The notes beneath the pieces are model-generated. The model saw nothing but the letters and a program-made list of their open reading frames with translations, ran no database searches and had not been told where the DNA came from. From an uncultured euryarchaeote (GTDB lineage: Archaea > Thermoplasmatota > Poseidoniia > Poseidoniales > Poseidoniaceae), in the NCBI GenBank assembly GCA_964001175.1, contig CAXFAS010000005.1, positions 1,570 to 65,569 on the forward strand: a stretch of 64,000 bases of DNA, read 5' to 3'. Made by a program: the position numbers and the translations under genes. Position 1 is the stretch's first letter. Each line of letters opens with the position of its first letter. Positions 40,914 through 49,576 of the stretch are shown piece by piece.

Positions 40914-41066
40914 TCACTCTGCTACAAGTCTCTTTGTGTTTGCATTCCTTCTTAACTTCATGAAAACACGAGATCCGCATGTCTTACAGCTAATTCCATT
41001 ACGCTCTCTGTGGAATGATTCTATACTTCCACACACTGCACACTTATAGTCAACTAGCTCTACCAT
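40914..41066 (-). CDS. rpo12: RNA polymerase subunit P (Rpo12), absent from ORF track
   Basis: Manual translation MVELVDYKCAVCGSIESFHRERNGISCKTCGSRVFMKLRRNANTKRLVAE; YKC..C/C..CG.R.F.K.R zinc ribbon; GGAG upstream. Confidence 0.9.
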   Translation of the reverse strand: MVELVDYKCAVCGSIESFHRERNGISCKTCGSRVFMKLRRNANTKRLVAE

Positions 41067-41139
41067 TCGGTTCAACTCCAGTCGACCCGACTAAGCACTC
41101 TTTCTTAACCTGTCCGACGCGAAAGTATTCTTCAAATAC

Positions 41140-41778
41140 CTAATTTCCGCCAACTAAACCTGGCATTAATCGTATTTTTTGTGCGTCTCGTAGGTCTATT
41201 CCGGATAGATCCGCTGTTGAAACCATTCTATTATCCACAAAGACCCATGTGCCCTGACAGTTATTGGCATGCTCAATTAATTCTGGCTTCGTCATCTTAA
41301 CTTCAGAGTGTCCGGTTTCGTCGGCGATTTCAACTATGAAGGTGTCCTCATCAATCCCTCCGACAAGACCTGGCATGGCCCTTAGGCGTGAAGATGATTC
41401 TATTTCCATAGATTGAAGTTCTGTGGCTGATACCATTTTATCATCGACAAAAAGCCAAGTTCCCTGGGTACTGGCCGTCTCCACTAATTCTGACTTGGTC
41501 ATTTCAACAATTGAATGCCCTGTATTGTCTGCGACTTCAACGGTGTAAGATGGTTCCTCTTTTTCTAGGCCACCAACAATTCCTGGCATAATTCTTATCT
41601 TCGAATCCGTACCTATCTCCATGCCTTCTAATTCATTGGCATTAACCAATCTATTGTCGATGAAAATCCATGAGCCTTCGGACTCAGTGGCCTTTTCAAC
41701 AATTTCTGGTGCGGTCATTTCTACGACTGAGTGTCCAGTCGAGTCTGCTATTTCTACGATGTATTTCTTTTCTGACAT
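41140..41778 (-). CDS. Tandem tri-ubiquitin-like (beta-grasp) precursor protein
   Basis: Three 70-71 aa repeats each ending MPG(I/L)VGG, final Asn cap; ATG 41778 preceded by GAGGAAG. Confidence 0.8.
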   Translation of the reverse strand: MSEKKYIVEIADSTGHSVVEMTAPEIVEKATESEGSWIFIDNRLVNANELEGMEIGTDSKIRIMPGIVGGLEKEEPSYTVEVADNTGHSIVEMTKSELVETASTQGTWLFVDDKMVSATELQSMEIESSSRLRAMPGLVGGIDEDTFIVEIADETGHSEVKMTKPELIEHANNCQGTWVFVDNRMVSTADLSGIDLRDAQKIRLMPGLVGGN

Positions 41779-41810
41779 ACTACTTCCTCGGAAACCTAGA
41801 TTTTCGAGTG

Positions 41811-41822
41811 TATATAATAAAA
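41811..41822 (-). promoter_or_regulatory. Putative TATA box of the tri-Ubl gene
   Basis: TTTTATTATATA on the minus strand about 33-44 nt upstream of the ATG. Confidence 0.55.
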
Positions 41823-41858
41823 CGCGAATGGTCGGCAAACAACCTAAAAATTAGCATT

Positions 41859-41933
41859 TGGCGCCCACTCCGGGAATTGAACCCGGGTCGCAGGAATGAC
41901 AATCCTGCATGATAACCTCTACACCAAGCGGGC
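41859..41933 (-). tRNA. tRNA-Asp(GTC)
   Basis: GCCCGCT/AGTGGGC acceptor stem, CAGGA-TTGTCAT-TCCTG anticodon arm, GGTTCAATTCC, CCA encoded. Confidence 0.95.
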
Positions 41934-41961
41934 CTTAGCATACTCGTCGGAGCGCAACCGC

Positions 41962-41968
41962 TATTTAA
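41962..41968 (-). promoter_or_regulatory. Putative TATA box of tRNA-Asp
   Basis: TTAAATA about 30 nt upstream of the tRNA 5' end. Confidence 0.5.
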
Positions 41969-42001
41969 GCCGCTCTATGTGGCTTGACCGGAGAGTTAAA
42001 C

Positions 42002-43630
42002 ATGGCTGCCAAAAAAACATCTGCTGAAAAAGCCCGAGAGGATGCTGAAAATGCAAGAGTCGAAAATATGCTCGATGGGGCATTTGGCACACTGAGCGGC
42101 TTAGAAATCAATAAAGCTGAAGAATCTAACTCAGAAGAAACAATTCCTGGGGAAGAATTGGCAGATGTGAATGAAGCTAATTCTGAAATTTCGGATGATA
42201 ACGCGGAAGTAGATGAAATAATTGAAAATGAAGTGGTATCCTCTTCGAATGAAACTGAAATTCCTGAAGAAGAAAAATCAACACCACCTGAACTACCCAT
42301 TTCAAATTCTGAAGGAGAAGAAGTAGTGGATATTTCGGAAAATCTAGTATCAAATGAGCCACCAAGTGGCCCACCGAGTGGACCTCCATCAAAAGGTCCA
42401 CCAAGCGGGCCACCGTCAAAAGGCCCACCAAGTAAACCTCCCAGCGGACCACCGTCAAAAGGCCCACCAAGTAAACCTCCCAGCGGGCCACCATCAAAAG
42501 GCCCACCAAGTAAACCTCCTAGCGGGCCACCATCAAAAGGCCCACCAAGCGAATCTCCAAGTGAAACGCCATCTGAAGATAATCCAGGTGAAATATTAGA
42601 TGAGGAAATAGAAGAAAAAGTTGATCAAGTGAATGAAGAAACATCTGATGAAGAGGTTGAACAAACTACGGAAGTTGATACTGAAGATTCTACAAAAGGA
42701 GAGGATTCCGAAGAATCCTCCGGAGAAGATACTGGGGGACAACAAGACTCTGGGCAAGAAGTTGAAGAAAGTGATGTTTCAACCGAAATAGAAAGTTCTG
42801 ATTCTCAAAACGAAATAGAAATGGACGATTTATCAGAATCTAATGAAGAAATAATCGAAGAAGCCCCTGTCATGGAAGATGCCCTCGCATCTGATAACAT
42901 AGAAACAGAGGCTGAAATTGCCCGTTTATCTGCAGAAGTCGAAAGATTGAGGAAGTCTATGGCAGGAGCTGCTGAAGTAATTGAAGATTTAGAGAATCCA
43001 CCTATGCCGCCTGCAATGTTGGAAGATTTGGTAATTGGCGCACATATTGTTGGAGATATGGCCCGCTTAGCAAGGCAGTTAGACAGAGAACAGCTGATAC
43101 GCGCCTCCATGGGGACTATTGCAATGCTGCACCCAGAGCAACTGGAAATTATTATCTCAACAAAACATATGTCCTTATTACCAAGAATGGATGAACGAGA
43201 TATTTGTGCTGCAAAATTAGGCGGTGACCCTCCTCGTGGAGCGCCAGAGGACTGGCGTGTTCTCGAAGTAGTACTTGCATCTGTAAGTTTAATCACAGGA
43301 GGTCCTGCTGCTGTAATTCATTCCCATGGCCCATTCACTACGGCTGCAAGTTGTGAAAAAGATTTAGTCTTAGTGCAGCCAATTGATGAGATCGGAAAGA
43401 AGCATATCGGTAAAATAATTATTGTAGATCCAGATGATGAAAATCCGGAAGAATTCCTTAGGCAGGTGGCTGAAGCACTGCAACAAGGAGGTATGCGTTG
43501 CGTTGTAATTCGTGGTAAAGGGGCTTATGCTGTAGGTGCAGACCTTGATCAAGCATGGGCTAATGCTGCAATGCTAGAACACAGTATGAAAGTAGTATTA
43601 CTTGCTAGACAGGCAAATTTGAAAGTCTAA
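42002..43630 (+). CDS. Class II aldolase/adducin-domain protein with long acidic, Pro-Ser-rich N-terminus
   Basis: C-terminal AAVIHSHGPF..IRGKGAYAVG..LEHS; more than 300 aa low-complexity N-terminus. Confidence 0.8.
   Translation: MAAKKTSAEKAREDAENARVENMLDGAFGTLSGLEINKAEESNSEETIPGEELADVNEANSEISDDNAEVDEIIENEVVSSSNETEIPEEEKSTPPELPISNSEGEEVVDISENLVSNEPPSGPPSGPPSKGPPSGPPSKGPPSKPPSGPPSKGPPSKPPSGPPSKGPPSKPPSGPPSKGPPSESPSETPSEDNPGEILDEEIEEKVDQVNEETSDEEVEQTTEVDTEDSTKGEDSEESSGEDTGGQQDSGQEVEESDVSTEIESSDSQNEIEMDDLSESNEEIIEEAPVMEDALASDNIETEAEIARLSAEVERLRKSMAGAAEVIEDLENPPMPPAMLEDLVIGAHIVGDMARLARQLDREQLIRASMGTIAMLHPEQLEIIISTKHMSLLPRMDERDICAAKLGGDPPRGAPEDWRVLEVVLASVSLITGGPAAVIHSHGPFTTAASCEKDLVLVQPIDEIGKKHIGKIIIVDPDDENPEEFLRQVAEALQQGGMRCVVIRGKGAYAVGADLDQAWANAAMLEHSMKVVLLARQANLKV
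42359..42550 (+). repeat. Coding tandem repeat of PPS(G/K) units, including three near-identical 39-bp copies (PPSKPPSGPPSKG)
   Basis: ccaccaagtaaacctcc(c/t)agcgg(a/g)ccacc(g/a)tcaaaaggc repeated three times plus degenerate flanks. Confidence 0.9.
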
Positions 43631-43693
43631 TTTTCTAAATTTAAGTCCTAGCGATAAACATCTATTGATAAATCAAACTATGATTTTCAGTTT

Positions 43694-44653
43694 ATGGCGA
43701 GTAAACCGAAAATTGCAGTCTCCGGCTGTCTAATTGGACAAAAAGTGAGATATAATGGCGATGCTGCAGAATTTAGACCTCTCTCAAGAAGATGGAATGA
43801 ACATCTTGAATTAATCCCAATATGCCCTGAAGTTGGAATTGGTATGGGAGTTCCTAGGCCGACTATTCGCTTGGTTAAGGAAGATGATAAAATCAAATTG
43901 GTTAATCCCAAAAATGGAGAAGATTTCACTGACCGGATGTTAGAATATGCTGAAATTCAGTCCGATATGTTAGCTTCTGCTGGAGTCTGTGGCTTTGTTT
44001 TCAAGAAAGATTCTCCGAGTTGCGGTGTTGAAAGAGTGAAACTTTACCGAGGAGATAATCCACATGCAGTCAGAGACGGTATCGGCTTGTTTGCAATGGT
44101 ATTTACAACTTTGAACCCACACATACCTGTTATCGAAGAAGGCAGATTAAGTGATTCTAAGCAAGCTGAACATTTTCTTGCAAGAGTTCATTTCTTCCAT
44201 GAATGGTTAATTCGAGGCGAGGGTGGATGGACTGCTCAAAAAATAATGGAATTCCATAATGAAAATAAATTATTTTTACTAAGTCGAAAGCCATCTGCTA
44301 AAAGAATATTAGGTAAACTAATTGCAGACTCATTTGACAAGGGAATTAACCCCGAAATTGTTGCTTTAGAATATATTACTGAGGCTCAAAAGTCACTTAA
44401 TACCTTAACTCGTAAAGGTAGAATTGCACATGCTATGGAAAGAGTTGTGGGGCAATTCTCTGAGAAGTTAACAAAAGATCAAAAAGAGGAAATAACTACT
44501 CTAATACATGACTATAGGGTAGGATATATTCCACGATTTGCTCCAATTGTTCTAATCAATCACTACTTGAGAAGATTCAATATGAATGATAAAATTCTAT
44601 CACGCTTTACCAATTCTACGCCAATTGAACTAGGATTAATGGCAAGAATTTAG
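43694..44653 (+). CDS. DUF523 (TudS-like) plus DUF1722 (YbgA) protein
   Basis: SGCLIG..VRYNG, CPEVGIGMGVPR, KKDSPSCG, EEGRL. Confidence 0.88.
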   Translation: MASKPKIAVSGCLIGQKVRYNGDAAEFRPLSRRWNEHLELIPICPEVGIGMGVPRPTIRLVKEDDKIKLVNPKNGEDFTDRMLEYAEIQSDMLASAGVCGFVFKKDSPSCGVERVKLYRGDNPHAVRDGIGLFAMVFTTLNPHIPVIEEGRLSDSKQAEHFLARVHFFHEWLIRGEGGWTAQKIMEFHNENKLFLLSRKPSAKRILGKLIADSFDKGINPEIVALEYITEAQKSLNTLTRKGRIAHAMERVVGQFSEKLTKDQKEEITTLIHDYRVGYIPRFAPIVLINHYLRRFNMNDKILSRFTNSTPIELGLMARI

Positions 44654-45033
44654 GCGATATAAACCTGTATCATATCTCCTAGAACTCTGATTGGATAGGT
44701 TCGCAAATCTTTCTGCTTTGAAAATTTTCCAATTAATTTCCCGTATGCTGGGATTAATGGAAATGGAGACCATTCGACTAAACTTCCATCGTCGATTTTG
44801 TGAGTTGTTTGATGTAAAGGACACCTGATACAGTCATCCTTAACCTTAGCACCCCAAGCTAAAGGCCAACGCATGTGTCGACAAAGTGCCTCAGTAGCAA
44901 AATATTCTCCTTCAAAATTAATTAATAGGACCAGTTTCTTTCCTACTGTGACCATTTTCTTTTTTCCTGCTCGCAATTTAGAAACCTTAGTGGCATTCAA
45001 CCATTTTTCTTCGTCAAATTCAATTTCTGACAT
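44650..45033 (-). CDS. Rieske [2Fe-2S] ferredoxin
   Basis: CRH...CPLH ligands. Confidence 0.88.
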   Translation of the reverse strand: MSEIEFDEEKWLNATKVSKLRAGKKKMVTVGKKLVLLINFEGEYFATEALCRHMRWPLAWGAKVKDDCIRCPLHQTTHKIDDGSLVEWSPFPLIPAYGKLIGKFSKQKDLRTYPIRVLGDMIQVYIA

Positions 45034-45751
45034 GCTTCATCCCCCCATCAAGGTGGAGTATTTGGCCAGTTAAATTATCTGGTGCACCGGTCAATAACCA
45101 AAACATTGCTTCAGCAATCTCATCGGGTTCATTTATTCGCTTCATTGGAATCATTGATACAGCTGCCCCTAGTAATGCTTCCGATTTAGTTATATTTGAC
45201 GAAAGTTTTGTGTCTGTAAGGCCTGGTGCTACTGCATTAACTCTAATTTTCCTTTGAGCATACGTTGCTGCTGCTGAACGGACCATTGATTCAATTCCTC
45301 CTTTAGCTGCGGCGATAGCTTCATGATTAACTAGACCTAAACTTGCCGCAACGCTTGATGTGAATACCACTCTACCTCCGCCTGTCCTCAACATTGATTT
45401 ACAAGTCAAAGATAATGCTAGAAAAGCGCTGACTAAATTGGTTTGAATTACTTCTTCAAATGCTTCCTGCTTTACAGCATGAGGGGGCCTAATAAGTATA
45501 GAGCCAACTAAATGAGCCATTCCTAAAATCGATCCTTCTCCTTGAGCAGTGGCCACTTCGATTGCAGATGCCAAATCATCGGTCGATAATGCATCTCCAA
45601 CGACAACTGAAACTTTACTTGAAAGCTCTTGGTCTAAATTTTCGGGATTCCTAACCAGTAAAGTTACTTTGAAGCCACTTTCTATTAACTTTTTAGACAA
45701 TTTTTCGGCTATGTCACTACCGCCACCCACAATCAATACTGAACCTGTCAT
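45020..45751 (-). CDS. Short-chain dehydrogenase/reductase
   Basis: GGGSDIA, SSVA, IAAAK (no Tyr), RVNAVAPG, TGQILHLDGG. Confidence 0.9.
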   Translation of the reverse strand: MTGSVLIVGGGSDIAEKLSKKLIESGFKVTLLVRNPENLDQELSSKVSVVVGDALSTDDLASAIEVATAQGEGSILGMAHLVGSILIRPPHAVKQEAFEEVIQTNLVSAFLALSLTCKSMLRTGGGRVVFTSSVAASLGLVNHEAIAAAKGGIESMVRSAAATYAQRKIRVNAVAPGLTDTKLSSNITKSEALLGAAVSMIPMKRINEPDEIAEAMFWLLTGAPDNLTGQILHLDGGMKHVRN

Positions 45752-45789
45752 GGCTTGATTAACATTGATTGATTTTTATATGCGTGTTT

Positions 45790-46377
45790 TTAACTATCTC
45801 TATGCTTACGACAAATTTCAACGAAATTCTCAAACATTTCTTTACCAAATTCTGAATCATTAACCTCAGGGTGGAACTGTAATCCGAATCTGTCGCCTTC
45901 TTCATTTTCCATCCCTTGTACTTGGCAAGAAGGGCTACTAGCGGTGATAAAAAACCCCTCGGGAACTATGTGAACCTCATCATTATGTGACTCCCATACC
46001 ATTTGGGTTTGATTTGTTCTATCGAAAATTTTACCTCCTCCGTTTTGTAACTCGATTTCCATTGCACCGAATTCTGGAATTGGAGATTCTCTGGCATCAC
46101 CTCCATAGTGTCTAGCCATAAATTGATGTCCTGCACATATGCCAAGTACTGGAATTTCTAATTCCAAATATGCAGCACAATTACCTAACTCGCCTGTAAG
46201 TCCGACTCTTGCAGCACCTCCTGAAAGGATAATACCGTCTAAATCTCTAAGTTCACTAACCGGAGTTGTATTATCAATAATTTGTGTATCTACCTTAAGA
46301 TAACGTAACATCCTCCATTCCCGATGTGTCCACTGGCCTCCATTATCAACAACATCAATAACTAACGGCTCAGTCAT
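45790..46377 (-). CDS. guaAA: GMP synthase glutamine amidotransferase subunit A
   Basis: DNGGQWTHRE, LSGG, GICAGHQ, SHND, QFHPEV. Confidence 0.92.
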   Translation of the reverse strand: MTEPLVIDVVDNGGQWTHREWRMLRYLKVDTQIIDNTTPVSELRDLDGIILSGGAARVGLTGELGNCAAYLELEIPVLGICAGHQFMARHYGGDARESPIPEFGAMEIELQNGGGKIFDRTNQTQMVWESHNDEVHIVPEGFFITASSPSCQVQGMENEEGDRFGLQFHPEVNDSEFGKEMFENFVEICRKHRDS

Positions 46378-46393
46378 TTTCCTGCCTCCTTGA

Positions 46394-46780
46394 CTATTCG
46401 GATGAGTTAATCCTTGCAAATCTGAACGATTGAACACAAAAGAAAGTATAGACTGAGCCAGTAACAAGCAACATCAACATTGAGCCAGAAGCATATGTCA
46501 ATCCATCAGACATCACCATGAAAAATCTTGTTCCCCCAATGGCGCACAGTAAACCGAAGACTACGGCTATATGCATCCAACGTTTACGCTTTTCAGGAAC
46601 TTTTTGAGCCATTATTCCTGAAACTAGTATTGGCAGACCTAGTAACGAAGGAAAGAATGATGTTATGGAATCCGATTTTGATACTACTGAGATTATTACT
46701 CCCCACGCTATCAAAAATACTCCAAAACCAATGGTTATTCTCGGCATCGACTGCCCTGCAACTGTAAATCCTTCGTCCAT
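46394..46780 (-). CDS. Small 4-TM membrane protein (TMEM14-like)
   Basis: SITSFFP..G, HIAVVFG, SFRFAR. Confidence 0.65.
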   Translation of the reverse strand: MDEGFTVAGQSMPRITIGFGVFLIAWGVIISVVSKSDSITSFFPSLLGLPILVSGIMAQKVPEKRKRWMHIAVVFGLLCAIGGTRFFMVMSDGLTYASGSMLMLLVTGSVYTFFCVQSFRFARINSSE

Positions 46781-46822
46781 ATACAATGGTTATGTAGGCC
46801 CTCTAAAGTTTCTTTGAGTAAA

Positions 46823-48139
46823 TTATTCCATTTCAAAACAAGTTTCAGTAGATGTTGAGGAAATAGAAATTAATTTTGGAAACGTAGATGAATTAACAAT
46901 ATCATGATTTGCGGCAATTAATTCTTTATTTCCATCGCCGTCGTAATCCATTACTTCCAAGGAAATAAGAGGAGCGTCAATATCATTATCTGGGAAGACC
47001 GGATTCCATGAACCATTTGAATAATCTAACCATGCAATATTTGGCTGATCTCCATAATCTACCAAATCTCCAATCAAGGGCTTAAATCCTACAATTACAA
47101 TTTCTTCTAAACCATCATTATCAATATCGAACATTGCAGAATCATAAGCCCCTGTAAATGCAATCATTCTTTGATAGTCAAAATCTCCACTACCTAAATT
47201 TTCCAATAGCGAAAGCCCATGATAGTCCCATAGATTTTCGTCTTCAGGGAAATCTCCATCTAAAACATCTCCATTGGTGAATAAAATATCCTTATCTCCA
47301 TCATTTTCAATATCGACAATATTTATCCCACTCATGCCAAAAAAGGTTGTGCTAGCATTGAATAAAATTTCTGAGGTAAAATTACCGAAACCATCATTCC
47401 AAAAGACCACTATCTGTTCGGATAATTGAGAAATTATTGAAACGATATCATAGTCGCCATCGCCATCCATGTCAACTGGCAAGGCTTCAATCGTTCCTGC
47501 TTTAGTCTCTAATTTATGCCAAGTCCAATTATTTTCACCTAGATTTTCCAACCATCCTACTGAACCATTTGTATGACCAAATTCACAAAGTGTCAAGTCT
47601 AAATCTTGATCTGAATCTAAATCAACCGCTTCTGCGCAAGTAACTCTACCTATATCCTGAATAACAATTTCTCCTTCGTAGCCTTCTGAATCATTGTTAA
47701 TATCGATTAAAATGACTTTACCTAGTTGCTGATCCGAAGGATATAAAACACCAATATCTGATAGAATTAATTCATTTTGACCATCTCCATTAAAGTCTGC
47801 GGAATCCAATCTTAACGGTGCAATAGTATTCTTTATTTCGAATTCCATAGTTTGGCAATCAGATGAACAATCTTCATAAATTAAGGAGAATGTACCTCTC
47901 ATCGGTTCAGTAAAAACTAGAACTTTCTCTGTGTCATTGATATCAATGGCTCTAACATTGGCAATTACAGCTTGTGTACCATCTCCGTCTACTATAGAAT
48001 CATATGAAACCGATGATAAAATCTCACAGTTTATTATTGGTTCTGAAATTATCTCTTCCTCGACGGTTTGTGACATACAACCGCAGAGTACGAGAGAAGA
48101 AATTAGTATCGGCAGGAAAAATTCAACTCCGAGTTTCAT
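46823..48139 (-). CDS. FG-GAP/VCBS-repeat lipoprotein
   Basis: LCGC lipobox-like motif; repeated D.DGDG..D motifs. Confidence 0.82.
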   Translation of the reverse strand: MKLGVEFFLPILISSLVLCGCMSQTVEEEIISEPIINCEILSSVSYDSIVDGDGTQAVIANVRAIDINDTEKVLVFTEPMRGTFSLIYEDCSSDCQTMEFEIKNTIAPLRLDSADFNGDGQNELILSDIGVLYPSDQQLGKVILIDINNDSEGYEGEIVIQDIGRVTCAEAVDLDSDQDLDLTLCEFGHTNGSVGWLENLGENNWTWHKLETKAGTIEALPVDMDGDGDYDIVSIISQLSEQIVVFWNDGFGNFTSEILFNASTTFFGMSGINIVDIENDGDKDILFTNGDVLDGDFPEDENLWDYHGLSLLENLGSGDFDYQRMIAFTGAYDSAMFDIDNDGLEEIVIVGFKPLIGDLVDYGDQPNIAWLDYSNGSWNPVFPDNDIDAPLISLEVMDYDGDGNKELIAANHDIVNSSTFPKLISISSTSTETCFEME

Positions 48140-48220
48140 GTTATCAATCACTCGTATAACCAGTATTACTTAAAGTAAAGTATAGGAGTTAATTTTCAAT
48201 GGGTAATCTCTCGGCTAATC

Positions 48221-49576
48221 ATGGCGGAGCAGGAGGAAGGGAGTCTACCTGCGAATTGGCCTGGTAATATTTGGATTGAAGGTAAAACTATTATTCATCT
48301 AAAAAAAGAACAGGAAAGGCCGTCTCATATGCCAAGAGGGCCTGCGAAAAAAACTGGGGAAGGTTTCCTAAATCCAGCAATGGCTCCAGCTAGAACAAGA
48401 TCTGTTTTACTTTTGTCCGACGCCCTAGAACATAATTGGCTAGTAAAAAATGACAAAAGTATTAGAGTTCTTGATGCATTATGTTCAACAGGAGTTAGAG
48501 TACGAAGATGGAGAAATGAAATCCCCGCAAGTCTACAGCACAAAACGAGAATTACAGCCAATGACTTAGATGTATTTGCCTTAAGTTGGGCTAAAACTTC
48601 ACATCAAGAACACCCCCCTACAACTAGAATTAATCACTTGGTCGAACCTGACAGATATGGAAAAATTCCTGAAGGTGAATTCGATAATGGAATTTGTTTT
48701 CAAAACTTAGATGCTCGAGTAGCATTATCTGAAACTTCATTTCAATGGATTGACATCGATCCTTTTGGCTCACCTGTTCCATTCTTAGATGCTGCTGTTC
48801 AAAGTCTTTCAAGGGTTGGCTTCCTAGAGGTTACTGCTACGGATACTGCTGCATTAACCGGCTCATCTCTAAGTTCTCAAAAACGAAGGTATGGCGCCAA
48901 AGGTATTGTTGACTTATACGCTCATGATGATGCTGTAAGGACTTTGATGGGACTCATTGCAACCACTGCTGCTAAACATGACAAAACTATTATTCCAATT
49001 CTAGCCTTATTTGATGGACATCATGTTAGAATAAGTGTGATGTTGAAATCGAGTAAAGAGTTAGCAAGCAGGATTCATTCTAATATTGGTTGGAGGATTC
49101 GATGCGAAGACATCCCATATAAATTCAAAAATCATCCTAATGAAAGTGAACTAAATAGGGCAAGCGGCCCTATGTGGATTGGGCCTCTTTGGAATAAAGA
49201 AATCACTGAAAGGATGACTGAACAGCGAGTATTGGATTTATGTTATCCAAATGAAGAAGAATACCTATCTGCAAAAGATTGTGGGCTTGATTGGGATGAA
49301 AATGATTTAGAATATGCTAAAAGAGAGCTAATTAGAAGCGTGAAGCACATATCGAGTGCATCAGAAATAATGAGTAGAGAGCATTTGCTGATAAATTTAG
49401 ATTCCCTTCCTAAATGGTCGAAAACTTCTGGCGCCCCTAAGATGGACAAATTAATTGAAGCCATTAAAGAGAGTGGGTTTTACGCGGCTAGAGTTCCTGA
49501 TTTAGAACCTGTATTTGCTACTGATGTCGCGTTTGACAAACTAATCAAAATAGTTCAAGCGTTAAAGAAAGATTAA
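48221..49576 (+). CDS. trm1: tRNA (guanine-26-N2)-dimethyltransferase
   Basis: FLNPAM..R, LDALCSTGVR, DIDPFGSP, VTATD, GPMWIGPL. Confidence 0.9.
   Translation: MAEQEEGSLPANWPGNIWIEGKTIIHLKKEQERPSHMPRGPAKKTGEGFLNPAMAPARTRSVLLLSDALEHNWLVKNDKSIRVLDALCSTGVRVRRWRNEIPASLQHKTRITANDLDVFALSWAKTSHQEHPPTTRINHLVEPDRYGKIPEGEFDNGICFQNLDARVALSETSFQWIDIDPFGSPVPFLDAAVQSLSRVGFLEVTATDTAALTGSSLSSQKRRYGAKGIVDLYAHDDAVRTLMGLIATTAAKHDKTIIPILALFDGHHVRISVMLKSSKELASRIHSNIGWRIRCEDIPYKFKNHPNESELNRASGPMWIGPLWNKEITERMTEQRVLDLCYPNEEEYLSAKDCGLDWDENDLEYAKRELIRSVKHISSASEIMSREHLLINLDSLPKWSKTSGAPKMDKLIEAIKESGFYAARVPDLEPVFATDVAFDKLIKIVQALKKD

Noticed and set aside
40765-40980. 71 aa ORF from the track
   Set aside because: Out-of-frame overlap with rpo12 and the rfc-like gene, no recognisable motif
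41140-41778. Ordinary ThiS/MoaD sulfur carrier
   Set aside because: Not fully excluded, but tandem triplication, a capped terminal GG and absence of thi/moa genes do not fit a simple carrier
39633-41933. tRNA-bounded genomic island or provirus
   Set aside because: Contents are housekeeping genes; no integrase and no duplicated tRNA end seen
42359-42550. Possible CRISPR array
   Set aside because: Repeats are contiguous, in frame, lack unique spacers and vary at synonymous positions
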